In this document: in pieces, positions 37,700 through 51,705 of the stretch | Layout of the letters: every line of letters begins with the position of its first letter | How positions within the stretch are numbered: the first letter of the stretch is position 1 | Assembly (NCBI GenBank): GCA_905178155.1 | Contig: CAJINV010000003.1 | Location: forward strand, 6,753,612-6,817,611 | Direction: 5' to 3' | Source: Amoebophrya sp. A120 | Taxonomy: Eukaryota; Protista; Dinoflagellata | Length of the DNA: 64,000 nucleotides | Translations under genes and position numbers: made by a program | Notes under the pieces: model-generated | The model's database searches: none | Seen by the model: only the letters and a program-made list of their open reading frames with translations | Told to the model about the DNA's origin: nothing

Positions 37700-38665
37700 G
37701 TTCCAGTGACTACCACATGTGGTTCATAAGCATTTCTAGGATCAAAATGAAGCTCAGACGACGAAGAAGTAGTTCTCATGGGCTGAAATGAACTAGGACA
37801 CAAAAAACACGATTACAGCCACACCCACACACAACGAGTGTGGCTCATAAAATCAATCGAAACTACTACACAGAAAGTAGGCAGTGGTAGAAAACTTCAT
37901 CCCTGGGGTTGGGACTACCAAGGGTTCAGCTGCTTCTCCTGTTACTTCATAATGACGACTATCATGTTCGTGAAGAAGCCTGTAGAGTTTGAATGTAGCC
38001 AAATTTAGGTAAGTATTTGATCATCACTCATGCGCTTGTTGTTGTTCAAGTTCAGCGTCTCTCTCTCTCTCGGGCGCATAGCTTTCACATCTCGTCTGGT
38101 GCTAGTCCTCGAGGTACCGAAAGCACAGAAGTTGATGGCACTTGCTTACAAACATCTACTCTACGGCGCATGGCCCGTGATTGAGGGGGATTGCCCTCTA
38201 TGACCTTCAAACTCCGATGCATTAACATTATCGGAGAGGCACTTCTAAGTACACTTTTGTTTACCTGTGTTGTTGCTAAAAATATCGACTCACGACGCAA
38301 CCACTCGTGCTTTTTTTCGCAACCTCATGAATTGATGAGCTTCATCTTCGTTCGTATCAATCTGCGTTTCTGATGCATTGAACTACACAAACAATCTTAT
38401 TCCTTGTTCTTTAGCTGCTTTCTTAGCTTAGGGCGGAACCGGCACCAGGCTTCCTGTCAATCTTAGCAGCTGTGCACGGTGTATCCACAATGAGGGCAGC
38501 GCTTGATCTTGTGGAGGAGACAACAACACATTCCGTAAGGGTAGAAACAAAGTCCGCATAACAAGCCTGGCAAGGTCGGCCAAATAACCAACATATCTCG
38601 GTGGATTCCAAGCCGGCCTGAACAAGAAAATGTTAGCGGTTCTTGATGTGACTACTTCTACCATA

Positions 38666-41130
38666 CTAGGATTGAAAATGATCATTGCTTCTAGCTCTCG
38701 CTATTCCTGGAGTAGAGCAATAGATACTCATCACAAAAGTCGGTATCTTGATCTTCACAGAACAAAGAAAGATGCCTGAGTAATTTTTTGATTTTCTTGT
38801 AGCGATTTCAATTTGCTGCCGACGTGAATGACCTGTCACAAAAAGAAAAAATGTAGTACACTCTTCCGGTATGTTGTCCGGGTTGAAGTCGTTTGCAGCG
38901 TGCAAGTGTTGCACGAGCGACTGCACCACGGTTGGCGGCCGTACCGGGCGAGGCAGGGGCGCTGCTGTTGTAGAAATCAATTCGCCCGTTCGGGTTCGCG
39001 ACTCTCCCGTCTCTAAATCGTTGTCCGTTTGACCACCACCGAGCGGGCGGCCGATGACGTGCACCACCGTAGCGGCGTGCCTCGGTTGCGAAGGCTCATC
39101 GCCAGCTGCGACGATCGTTGTCGCATGTTGATCTTCACCTACGTCGATGTAGATCGGTATCGCTCTAAACTCTCGAGTGAAGTCAAATTTGTTTATCTGT
39201 CTTTGAATCGATTCGAATAGGTGGGTTCGGTGGCCTCTTTCTATGTGGCTCGATGGACAAGGGGAAGGGCCGAGCTCCGCCTAAGTGCCCAGGGCTCACG
39301 GAGACCAGATACCAGTGTGGATGCAACTGGAGGAAGGCCATCAAGTCATCAGCTTCTATTTCCACTAGGGATCCGTTAACCTTCTTAAACGTGTAGTTGG
39401 CTAGGGACCCATCTAGCCCGCGAATGCGTTACGGCCAACAAGGAAGGGAAGGTGATCCGTACTAACTTTGATGTAAATGATTTCCATGGGTCGCGACGTG
39501 GGCACGAATAGATCCACACAAGCGCTCTTGTTGGAGTTGTACGAAGAAGGCACATGCAGTAAGTAGCGAAAAATCCAAATGTTGAGTTTGACTTAACCCA
39601 ATCCAGTTCTGCAATAGCCGACGAAGATTCGACCGAGTTCATGTTTTGTTGTTGTGGGGGCGATTCACTTCTCGCTGCTTCGTCTCCAACAGGACCATGA
39701 CCGTTTGGCGTACCACTACCGGCACCATGGAAAAAGCTGCTACTTCCCGCTGCTGCTTGCGCATCTGGATCTCCGACTTGCCGCGACGAAGCGTGATACG
39801 TGCTCACTTCTCCGAGGAGCGCACGCCTCTGTAAAACCGGCAGAATTCCCTGGAGAAACCAGGACTGTGCCCGCGCTGCTGCGGAGGAGCTAGAGCTTTC
39901 GCCACTGTTCGTGGCAGTAGTTAAAGAACTACCGGCGCCGCGTCCCGCAGCTCCAGCGTGCTGCACTCCCGTCAAAAATACAGGGTTGGTGGACGACGCC
40001 GAAAGCTGCGTCGTCTGTTCTTGCAATTGATGCGGTCGCGCGCCAGCAGCGAGGTTGATGTCCCGCCCTGGCGCACCATTTTCTTCCTCGGCACTGCTGC
40101 TGGCAAGGTTGTACCTCTGTGCGTCAAGCGCTTCGGGGTCCTGGGACGAGGAGGACGGACCGCCGATGTGAAACACTTGGCTTCCGATTTGGATTGTTCG
40201 CAACCCGCCTCCGAACGCTCCTGTGAAATTCGCATACATACATTTTGTTCTGAGCGGGCCTGTGGTAAATAGTTCAACACACCACCGGCAAAGCATGATC
40301 GATGCAGCGGTTCTTCTGCCCACGTCGTAATAAGTACCATATGCAACGAAGTCGATTGGAACAGTTTGGTCTTGGTGAAATGAAAACTCCCTCGATAGTG
40401 CATCAAATGCGCATGATCGACACATGAGCATTCGAATTCCTTAAGATGAGCAAAACTACGATAAGTACCTTCTGCAGCCGCGCTAGTAGACGGGGCTGAA
40501 GCTGGGGCTCGTGCACTCATAGTGGCATCAACTGTCTGAGCAGTTGCTGAAGCCGAACCTCCTGCCAGGTCTTTGGTAACGAAGCAATGCAAACATGCGT
40601 GTGCCGGGATATCATACTGCTCCAGAGTGCAGGTTTCTTCGGCCAGGTACTTTCCAGCGTGGAAAAAACGAATGCGGTGGTGATTTTTTTCTTTGTCTGC
40701 AAGCAAAACACGATCGGATTCTGAATTGTACTGTAGCGTCGGCGCCACAGGCGTAGCAACGTAGTTCCTCTGCCGGCTCCAAACGGAGCGGTAGCGGACC
40801 ACTTAGGCAGACGAAACAAAAAACAACACTCGAGAAATTATTCCGACCACTTTGCAAAAACTTGCTGTCGTGGGGTTCAACATTTTTGAATTCGTGCCCG
40901 TCTCGTCTGTTGCATCGCAGAATTGATCAACAAGATTGACATTTCACCGTGCTTATAATGCATTTGATGAAAAACAAAAATCTGATTTGGAATTCGATTT
41001 CGAATTCACGTCCGCCCCGGAACCATGCATCAAACGCTCACATTTCAACTCAATGTGATCATGCTAGCCCTGGATACGTCCTCGGAAAAGAATTGGCGGC
41101 GAAACTCCGAGATGCTGGTTTGCTTGTGGA
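38666..41130 (-). CDS. Ubiquitin-like-domain protein (multi-exon; boundaries uncertain)
   Basis: EVHKQTSISEFRRQFFSED near 41077-41130 and KNHHRIRFFHAGKYLAEETCTLEQYDIPAHACLHCFVTK at 40575-40695 form a Ubl pattern. Followed by low-complexity ORF 39385..40431 and further short ORFs. Confidence 0.55.
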
Positions 41131-41517
41131 CTTCATTTACTGTGCGACTTTCTTCCTGTCCTAGGCGATTGATTTTGAGCCGCAGGGGCAAGTAGTCTTC
41201 TCGCGTCATTTTCCCACCGGTGAAGCAAACTGGCGCGATCTATTAAAAATAGAGCAGGCGGCGCCGAAAACTATTCGCCTTGCAGGGCCCTCGTCGGTAT
41301 GTAATTCGAAACAAGAAACACATAAAAGAGCGATGATGGTTTTTTCAACGATAATCAGACGGCATACGAATAGCGATACGGATAGACTGAACATCACATG
41401 CTCCTTGTCATCATACAACAAACAGAAACAAAAAAAATATACGGAAACAAGTAAACAATTTTCCCGAATCTAGATTGAACTTTGATTGACTTAGATTTTG
41501 CCACTGCAGCTTTAGAC

Positions 41518-42280
41518 AGGTGGTGACTGGCGGAGCCTCTTACCCCAAGCCTCGATAGACAGGCGCGGGTTTACATCTGTTCGCGACCTGACACACGTCA
41601 CTCCACCGTGTACACTTACAATAGATCAGAACAAAGATCAAAATAGCGCGACAAAAATTTTAGATACACAGCAGCGGACTCCTGTCTGGAACAATCAGAC
41701 AGGCCACGGAACATCGATCTGCCTGTACGAACTCGAATACAATGACATTGGTAGATCGAACAGACTATACAACTTGAACTTTACGGAAAACAAGAAAAAC
41801 CGACGCACCCGGCAAGTTCTGGACGAAAAGTACACGGAATAGGACCTCCACATGACCTACCACGGAAGCTTCATAATTTTGATAGTCCTTTTTATGTGTA
41901 TAGTGTTTTTCTTTTTTTGAAGCGCACGATTGAGAACAAATGTGCCACAACATTTGGAAATATCAGTTTGTGAAAGGCGGTAGGTGGCCGAGTGAATCAA
42001 AATAGCAGAGCCAGAAGCTAGAAAGTGTGGCACTTTTTTTCACGACAACAGGAATCAATCAGCTTGAAAGAAAGTTCAGAAAATAGAAAACTTATAAAAT
42101 TTCAGCTATTGTCGAAATAATACTTCTTTTTACTTGAAAAGCTTAGCATTTGCGTGCCTGCTAGTCGGCATTGACAAAAGTTGTAATTGGGTCGGGTATT
42201 AGGTGGTGATTGGCGTTGCCTCTTACCTCAACCCTCGATAGACAGGCGCGGGTTTACATCTTTTCGCGACCTGGCACACG
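41518..42280. repeat. 80-bp dispersed direct repeat (copies 41518-41597 and 42201-42280)
   Basis: aggtggtga(c/t)tggcg..gcctcttacc(c/t)caa(g/c)cctcgatagacaggcgcgggtttacatct(g/t)ttcgcgacctg(a/g)cacacg. Confidence 0.9.
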
Positions 42281-42568
42281 ACTGTAATTCGATCGATCAG
42301 AGAATGCCATTGCGGCACGTACCGCTTGCTTGAATCAATAGGTAAATGAATGTTGGCTACTATCTGAAGCAGCGTCAAAACTTCCGACAGGAGACACCAG
42401 AGGAGAAAAGTGAGTTCAAAAAACAGCCATTCTATTCTTTCTTGTTTGTCAGAAAATTATTCCGACATTGAGAGCACGAGCAGTATTGACACTCGGCGGT
42501 GCTCCTTCAATCGTAGCGTTTATTTTTCATAGCCGACGAGCGCGGCGGCCCCAGCATCGAGATCGTCT

Positions 42569-45500
42569 TCATTCAACCGAGACGATGTTGGAGATTTCGT
42601 CGAATATCTTTTTCCGAACTTTTTGCACGCGTTCCTGAACCTGTGCTGGGGCAGTGTCGAAAATGCTCTTCTTCAAGTAGTCGAATAAGTACTGGTCTAG
42701 CATCTGCTGCAGCAGTGGTGTGTCAAAGATTGCGGCCATTCGCAACACGCGCGTTTCGGGGTTGACGCTGATGGCCAAGTTCAGGGGAAGGAACAAGGGG
42801 CTGAGCAGGGGCAGGTCCTTCAACCGATTCAGCATTTCCACATAACTCAAATTGGACTGCGCGAACTTTCCCAACTTCCGCCGAGCGTGCACCAAGTAAT
42901 CCGTAACCAACTCAAAAATGTGGTGCGAAATATGCAAGAGAAACTAAGAACGACATGCCCACGGCGAGAGGTGCAAGATACACCTGGAGTGGTGCATGTT
43001 TAGCAATACCCTCATGAGAAAGAGTCGGAACTACACGCATCACATAGATACATAGAACACTTTCCTTCGCACTGCTACTGGCAGCGTGTCTTTGAATACA
43101 CTATTATTTGTCGTGTTCCTCGTGCAATATCAATTCGATTCAGTTTCTTTCAGAGTTGTTTCCTCCACCTGCGCCACGTGTGTCCCTCCTAGGTGGTGTG
43201 GGCGTGTGTTCACTTCAGTTTCATACTTCTCCTCCGGAACTACTTTGGGAATCAACTTGCGGTTAGACGCCAGGAACTGCTTGATGTTGGTTTGATACCT
43301 GACGGAGTAATGCAGGAGAGCAACAATTCGGCGATTCATACATTTATTTGGCCGAGAGTTTAATGCAAGCACAAGCACATAATTCATAATATTCTTGATC
43401 CCCCGTCGGCTTTCGCCGGCCACGGAAAACAAATCAGGATACAGCCCCAGGATTGATGCATCAAATCGAAACAAGCAAGTAGACACGACAGTGAAAGTGT
43501 AGTCGAGCATCAAGCATGGGCATGCCCATGTCTGCAGATGCACAGCTTACCCTAGTATTTCAGCATTGAGGCGCTGCAGGAGTTTGTGGTTATTCACACG
43601 CTGCAAGACGCGACGCTCCTGTGGATCTTCGGCCTCTTGTGGAGAGACGGGCGCGGAATTAGCCTTGGGGGAACCTACAATGTTTTCGGCATCAGGTTCT
43701 TTACTTGCAACAAAACGCAAAATAAAGCACTCGTCGTGAAAGTGCGGTTGGTTAAGTATGCAATACCTCAAAAGACGAGCCGGCAGATATACAGATATGA
43801 TATAAACACCTTAAAAAGATCTAGATCAAGATGGAAAGTTGACTTCTAGCCTGGCAACCATCTTCGCGACCCTACTAGGCCTCCTAAGTTTATTTCGTAC
43901 CTGCTTTTCCGGGGTTTTCTTTGTCATCTTTCGTCCCCTCGTCTGGTGTTTTCCCGTTTTCAGTTTCCTCAGATTTTTCATTCGTAGAACCGTCCGCGTC
44001 GGCCGCTCCATTTTCCGCACCTGCCTCCCCCTCGCCTCCGGTCTTGTTGCTGCTCGCGCGCGCCGCGGCTTCTTCCTCTGCAATTTTCCCGGTTTGCTTT
44101 GCTGCTTCCGCAGCGGCAATAGCAGCGGCGATGGCAGAATTTGCTGCGACTGAAGCAGCTTCCGCGGCTTTGTCCGCTGCGAGAGCCAAATTCTCCGAGT
44201 CACACACGTCCGTGCCGACCGCAGCCTGAAGCTCGCCAGCGGCTTCTTCGGTTGCTTGTGCACAGCTCGACGCGGAATTGAGAGCCTCGAAACCCGCGCT
44301 CATTGCACCGGCTGCCGCGGCCGCCTGTAATTATCGTCGTCGAAAATAAAAGTATTTAGATAGTCACTTCTTTACAACTACCACTACTAGCATACCATCA
44401 CTAAGAACAGCAAGGCAAATTTACCAACAGTTCTATCATGAATTTCATATTCAATAGCGCGCGTGCAAAAATAAAAAATAGCTGCAAGTGCAACGTTCCG
44501 ATTACGACGACTATCTATGACCCTCGACGAGGCAACTTTCGGTCTCCCTTCTTGAGCTTAGTGGATACAACTTCAAGCATCAGAGGAATCGTATACACAG
44601 CCGGGCGTAGAGGCGGACTGGCACTTGCTCGCTTGTAATGCATGGCTGGCAGCATCGAGTGAAGCATAACCAACCACCCGCACCGCTTTCACGACGGTGA
44701 GCGTCAGGACGATGGCGGAGTGCGCAATGCTTTTTGTAAGTCCCTCTTGGGCTGGATCTGCACTCGCTTTGCGTGCTGTCTTGGAAGCCTCCGCAACTTG
44801 CTGCGCGAATTCGGCGGCCGTGTTTGCAAACCGACTGGCCTCATCAGCGGCTTTTGCTGTGTGCGCAGTGTGTTGTTATAAATATTTATGTGATTCAACA
44901 TTTTCTTTTCATGCTTTCTCGCTTTCCTCCAAATGCTATCGAATTCAAGAAGGAACAAGACCAGGACCAACGGAAGACAAAACGGAAACGATTCAAAAAA
45001 TTTTGGCTGCTTGCACATCGATGTTTTAATGTCAGACTTCACGCATAGACTGCTAAGAACATACCAACTTTTGTCAGCAAGTCTGCGGCTTGGCCAGCTT
45101 CTTCTGGGTTCTGGTCTGGGTCTTTCTCGGGTTGATCCTTGCCGTCCGCGTCTTCGTCCCCAGCTGCAGCATTTGGCGAAGACGCAGCTTTACTCTTGTC
45201 CTTTTCCCCCTTCCCGTCGTCATTCGCTGAAGAGGATGGCTGCGGCTTTGGTGCGCCGCCCGGCTCGTCCACCTCGTAGTCGTTTTTCTTTTTCTCCTCG
45301 CGTTGGTTCATGATTTTCTCGTATGCGTTGTTGAGTTCCTGGAAGTCCGCTTTGTCTCCGCCCTTGTCCGGATGGCAGTACATGGCGGTCTGGCGGTAGG
45401 CTTTCTTGATTTCCTCGTCGGTGGCATTGATGTCAACACCTAGGATAGCGTAAGCGGCGGACTCGTGCAGCCGCGCGATCTCGTCGATAACCTCGCTCTT

Positions 45501-48500
45501 GAACCGCATTTGCCGCAAAATGTATTCGTCAAACTGTTTGTTCAACTGCTCCAAGTAGCTGCCCTCGGCCTCCTTCGCCAGCTTCTCCACCTCGACCGAC
45601 GTGCGCGTGATCTCTTCGCTTACAACGACGTCCGAGAGTCCGGTGCGGGCTTTACTTTCTACAGCCTCTTTCGCCGCGGCGTCTTCAGCTGCACCAGGCG
45701 CAGCAGTACTAGTTTTCCCGTTCTTGTTGTCCTGGAGGTTTGCTTTTTCGGTCATTGCATCGAGGTCCTGTTCATCTTCGGCGTCTACTCCCCCGCCCGT
45801 TTTGTGGCTTGTTCCACTATTGTTCTTCTTACTATCGGAGCCACGCGCCGCACCAGGCTTACTACCACAACTGCTCGCACTATTGGTCGCAGCTGCGTGG
45901 TCCTCCCCGTTTCGGTGGTAAGCGAAAGAGCGGATAAGCTCCAGCATGGCTTGAATGCGAACGAGCTCCACCCCGCCCTCGCGATGGGCTTTCAGGCACG
46001 CTTTTCGGTAAGCCAGCGAGATTTCGGAAACCGAATACGACGACCAATCGCCCCGGCGTGCTTTTTTCTCGGGGAACCCAAAAAACGCAAACGCGGCACG
46101 AACGGCTTCTTTCGGGCTTTTGGAAAAGATCTCGCGGTATAGGATTTGCGCTTGTTCGCTGTGGCCCCCACAGACGGCGCCGAGCGGGCCGCCAGTTACA
46201 CCTTTGCCGCCCATGCCCTTATTGGAAGAAATTCTGTTCGTGAAGAGCAGGGCCGCACGGTCGCACAGAAAATAGGAAACGTGCCGCCCGGAGACCTCCT
46301 GAGTGAACCACTTGCCGATTTCCTGTGCCACCTGGGGCCCCAACTCTGACGCTTCGAGGGTCAGCCGGCTGTCTCGCCGCATGGCGCGCCACTGCCGCGG
46401 AATCAGAGTCGCGCTGCGGCTCTTCAGGCTATCTGCCGTCGCGAATTGTTCTACCTGTGTGAGCGTGTGCGATTCGAGTTCTTGTTGCCATAGGAGTGCA
46501 ATAGTTTTTCCGACATCATACACTGAAAATTGTCAAATATTCGATCTCGCACTCGCAAGCGGTCAGCAGCCACTTTCACTTTGTTCAACAGCGTCGTTGG
46601 GGTTTACATCTACTATTAAACAAAGTTCGTAGAGTGAGGTCTACGCAGGCGCCTAGAACTCGGTTACTTTTGTGTTACAAATTGATACGAATGTAGTTTC
46701 TGACTCACGACCAGTTGCACCTGAACTTGGCCGTACGCACCATTTTTGAGACGCAATAAAGATTAACTGCTAGTTACCTTCGCCGAAACGTATTCCAAGA
46801 AGACGGGGTTTTCGCCGGCGTTAAGTCGAAGGCTGAGTGACTGCATCTTCTTGTTTCCTTGGCCGTGCCCGTCTCCCTCTTGCACAGAGGACCGTCTTGC
46901 GGGGACAATTTGGCAGAGCGCCGGATCGATGCCGGAGGTGTGCTGTTGATGATCCTGCTTGGTTTTCGTGCTGTGTAGTTGCGCGCCAGATCGACTACAC
47001 CGCGGCGAGGACGTGGAAGAACTGCTACTGCTGCTGGTGCCTGAGGCTGCGGTAGAGGGAGCGGCGCTTTGAAATCCCGTGGTTTGATGTGCAGTTTTGG
47101 CACCAGAATCTGCTTGATGCTGCAGATCTTCACCTAGTGGGGTACCGCTGGCATTGGTTTTGTCCTGTTTTTTTGGTTCTGCGGTGGACAACGAGACGTC
47201 TTCGCTACCCGCTTGTTGCTGTTTCGCTGTTGCCGTGTCCTCCTTACCACTACCGCTTTGATGTTCCCTTTTTGACTCACCGTGCGGACCACCGCCGTCA
47301 TCGCTTTCGCGTTCCGCAGCCTCTTTGCTCGAGGCGCGTTGTTCCTCCAGGAACTCCTGAAACCCGAAGTCGCGGCGTGGCACGGGGCTGGCCTCCTCCG
47401 ACGGGGCGCGATCACCCTCTGTGGTTGCGCTCGGAGATTGCTCCTCTAGATTTGATGTACCCATCAGATTACCGAGGTTCAAACCTCCATAGCCTTCGTC
47501 GTCCTCAGACATCCCTGAGAGGCTGCTGTTGGATGAGGAGCTTCTACCGGATGTTGAAATACCAGCCCTTTTCGCTCTACTGCTGGAAGTTTTTATTTTT
47601 CGAGTCGCCCCCGCGCCGCTCCGGCTGCTGCCACTTCTCGCACCGATTCGCCAATCGGGCCGGGAAAAGTCCACTTTGTCTCGTCGGCTCTCACTCTCCA
47701 CAGCCTCGTCGACAGTTCTTTTTGACGACGACTCGGACTGGCCGGCACGAATGCGGGAAGAGAGCGGCTCCGGCGCAACGTCGGCACGGTTACGAGCATG
47801 CAAAGAAGCTCTCCAGGCACTGCGACTACTAGGACGGAAGCCAGGGAGATCATCCTCGTCTTCGTCGTTGTCGGTGAAGATGAGAGGATCCTGTTCTTCC
47901 TCATCCGTTCTACCGCGGTTGTTTTCCGGGCTAGTTCTTTCGTCTTGCGCACTTGGAGCAAAGCCTTGCTCCTCCCGAAGCTCCTGTGCGCGCTTGTTGA
48001 GCCGGGCACGAAACGCGGACAAAAAGTCGCTTTTGTCCATAGACTCATCGTGGTCCTCTTGCTCGTCGTGCAGCTCCTCCCTAGATACGTCCTGCTCGTC
48101 TTCACCTACTTCACGAGAATCGGAACCTGAGCGGGCCCGTGTTCCTTTTCTAGTACCGCTGTCGTGGTGTTCGGTCTCATGATTTAGCTTCCGATCGCGT
48201 TTACATTTATTTTCAGTCTCGCTACCGGCCGCGGTCGCGCTGTCCTTCAATATTTCGTTCTTTGACTCTGCTTCTGTAGACATCCCAACATCATCCGCTG
48301 TGCCGCGCGCTGTCTCTCCGCACCGGGGAGATTCATCGTCAATCAAATCGAGCCCCTTGCTCGTCCGCGAAGCACGAGGCGGCACGACCTTGGAGGAAGA
48401 GGAGGCGAACAATGCCTCCTGAAATTGCTGCTGCGTCGACTCGGCCGCCTTTTTGTAGAAATCTTTCGCTTGCTCCTGCGACGTGGTCGCGTCGCGGTGT

Positions 48501-50959
48501 TCTTTGGATTTTACACGGCGAAGGTAATTGAGAAGCCACTCCTCGGTGTCCGATTCGCCCTCAACATCGTCTGCGTCTTCTGAACTCGATGGACGATGCG
48601 GCCTGGAGTCGTTGTCCACCTCTGCACGACCAACTTGCGACGTTTCTCCGTCTTTGCTCCGTCCGTACACATATGAGTTCGGGAGCTGCTCTTCGCGCCG
48701 TCCGGGGCCGACGGTTGCTTCCTCCTGGGACAGTCCAGAAGTTCCTCGACTTGCACTCCGACTTGTTAGAAGTCCGGTCGTGGCGGGCAACCTGTAGCTT
48801 TCGTTCCTCTTGGCATCGTGGTTGATCATGGCTGGACTTGCCCCAGAAGACGGGGACGGAGACGTGGGGATACGGTGGCGCGATAGTATTTCTTTCACCG
48901 CGAGGTCGTCCAGGTCGAGGTCGAGACCGTCGTCCCCTCTGTCATGATGTGCGTGGTCGTCGTGGTCCTCTCTTCGGTCCCCGGGCAACAAGCGAAACCC
49001 ATCTGCTGCTGCTGCTGAGGAAGGTTTATCGCTACCACCACGACGACGTCCTGTTATGCCGACGCGCTGCTTGCGGGTTTTATTTGTGACGTCACCTCCG
49101 GATGAGGAGTCAGATCCGGACGAGGACGACCCACCGCCCTCGCTGTCGCTGCTTGACGAAAGATCGATACCTACTTGACGAAGCTGGGTTTTTATGATAC
49201 TTTTCTGTTTGCCATTTTTTTTGGCGCGTTGGCAGGAAGACGAATTGGAACTAGTTTCGTGTGCAGCAGCACGAGTTGGTTCTCGCGAATTCAGATCGCC
49301 TGCTCTTAGGCGAGAAGAATGTTTTTCGCTCTGGTCGTCGGCGTCAGGAGCGTCAGCATGTTCGTGGTCCGGGGACGTCGAGGAGGGCGAGGTAGCAGCT
49401 GCGCCGTTCTTGTCCCGGTTAAGCCACCCATCCATTTCGCGTCGCGCTCGCGCAATGCGCTCGTTCGTCTGTTGGAGTCGCTGCAAGGACTCCCGCTGCC
49501 GCCGTGCACTCTCCCGGAGCAGAGAATCTACCGATTGGTCTGTATGATGCAATGCGGGTTCGTCGTCACTGCGAAAGCCCTCGCCCGAAGAATTGTTTTC
49601 TTCTCCACCCCCACCCCGGCGATCCTTCCCTTGACTTTCGTCGATGTACTTTTTATACCCGGCAGATACCGCCGGCTCCTGCACAGCATCAGCAGCTCCA
49701 ACGGAACGAATGTTTGGCCTCGATAGAATCGACGGGTCACCGACGTCCTCCCCCAAGGGGGTCGCGCTGCTGTGGCGAAGATTGTAGTTCTGCACAGCCG
49801 GGTGATTCGCCGAGTAGTGCGTGGTGGTGCGAAACGAGGCCAACTTTCTCCTTGTCGCGTCAGTTTCCAGCTTTGCCTCTATACGTTCGCCATCCACCGG
49901 GCTACTTCCTAAACGTGCAGCAGAAAAGCGGTCGAATGGGGATGCACCGATTCCATTCAAACTCGAAAGACGCTGTTCATGTGCAAACTCTTCCAGCAAC
50001 TCCTGCCTGCGAAAAAATTGTGACCGAAATTCTAGAAGACAGGAACAGCCACAAGATTGGAGGAGAGACATGCTAGCTAAGACTAACTTACGTATACTTT
50101 TACTCAACTTTAAATGTTGCTAGCGTAGTACAGGTAAGTACTTTCTTGAGTGACGCACTCCTGCGCTTCCCGATGTGGTGCTGGAGCTACCGCTGAAGAA
50201 GTGTAGGCGAGTGCCCTTGTTAGCGTCCTGTGTCCCGCCGGGAGGACTGCTGTGGGGGCTGTTGCTACCGTACTCCTGTCCCATGCTTCCTGCCCCAAAG
50301 CCTCCCGACAGAACGGCACGATCGTCGAGAAATTCCGACGCACGATTAAGGCTCGAAAGCACTTTCTTGATGGGCGAGTCTCTACCCCCGTGCTGCTCCG
50401 CCTTTTTCGCCCCTGCGTAGGATCCTGCCCCGGGCACGTGTCCTGTTCGTGGTCCCGGCGGCGAGTTAGTTCTCGGTGTTTCTGTGGTCGAAGACGTGGA
50501 CGTGAAAAGTTTGTTGCTCTGGCTGCCAGGAGGTGGACCTGCAGGTGCGGTCGGAAACAGGTAGGGCTCCAAATTTGCTTGATTTCTCGCTTTCGACGAC
50601 GAAGATGAGGATCCACCCCCACCCGTCGCGCGCCCGGCGGTGGCGGAGCCACTTGAAGAAGTCGCAGCATGAAGACTATTAAAGCCCGGAAAATCCGCCT
50701 CGGCTGGAAGATCCCGGGAGCCGCGCCCCCTCGCACTTGGAGACGTGGGCGAGCTTGATACACCAGTTGCATACGGCGTACCGTCCCGCCACTTTTCTTG
50801 GTCTCGAGCAATAGTTGAGGTGCTTGCAGCTGTTGCTCCACCATCGGGTCGTCCCGTCCGAACTTCGTAGTCGCGTCGTCTAGCGGTCGTATTACTTCTA
50901 CTTCCATACTCGCTTGTCGTTGCGTGGCTCGTTCTAGTACTCGTGGTCGCTTCATCCAA
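42569..50959 (-). CDS. Large DnaJ (J-domain) protein with long low-complexity N-terminus, multi-exon
   Basis: ORF 45039..46523 carries AYAILGVDINATDEEIKKAYRQTAMYCHPDKGGDKADFQELNNAYEKI (HPD motif) and an upstream J-like segment EISLAYRKACLKAHREGG. Flanking same-strand ORFs 50120..50959, 46763..50107, 43890..44303 and 42569..42937 are probably exons; not all junctions were resolved. Confidence 0.7.
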
Positions 50960-51705
50960 AAGGCTGGTGCTTTTGGGCGCCTCCCCGGTCGTCGGCGTGT
51001 ATAAGCGTTTCGCCTTATGATAGCCCGAATGCAGAAAGGAAAAGACCCCGTCGTCGTCGGAGGAGGCGTTTCCGCCCAGATGATCCCTGCCCTGCTTCCT
51101 GGACCCTCGTGTTGTGTGAAATACGCGCGGCCGCGAGGAGGAACCACTGGTCGCGGTATCCTCAAACTTGTTATCGAACTCGAAACGGCCACTCGATGAA
51201 GTTGTACCTGGAACTGCGCTTCTGCCCGGAGACCTATGATCGATGGTGTAAAACTCTTGTTGATTGTCATCTATTTTAGATTCAGACTCTAATAATAATA
51301 CTGGAGGTGATTCATCTTTTACGTGTGTTCATTCTTTCTGACCCACAGGAAAATATGTAGCTCCTGTATAATCATGCTAAGAAAGTGTGTCTTTTTCTTC
51401 CTGGATCTACAAACGCATCAGACTCAAATCTGTACCAAAACTTCCGATAGGAAGACGAAGGAATGCATATTGCACAGCAGCTCACAGCAGAAGTCCTGGT
51501 AAAAAATATGCCTATGTGAATGTCATTTATGCAAATGTAGTTTAGTTACTTGTTCATTGAGAGGGCCTCATTCAGCATTGAGCGGAGCGCCGAGGCGTGT
51601 TGCATCAGGTCGCCGGTCTTGTCACCTGGGCGACCTCGAGCGAAAAGGTCGTCCTCGTCTTCCTCTGCCCCACCACCCGCACCCTGTGGGGGTGAGGAAT
51701 TCGGG

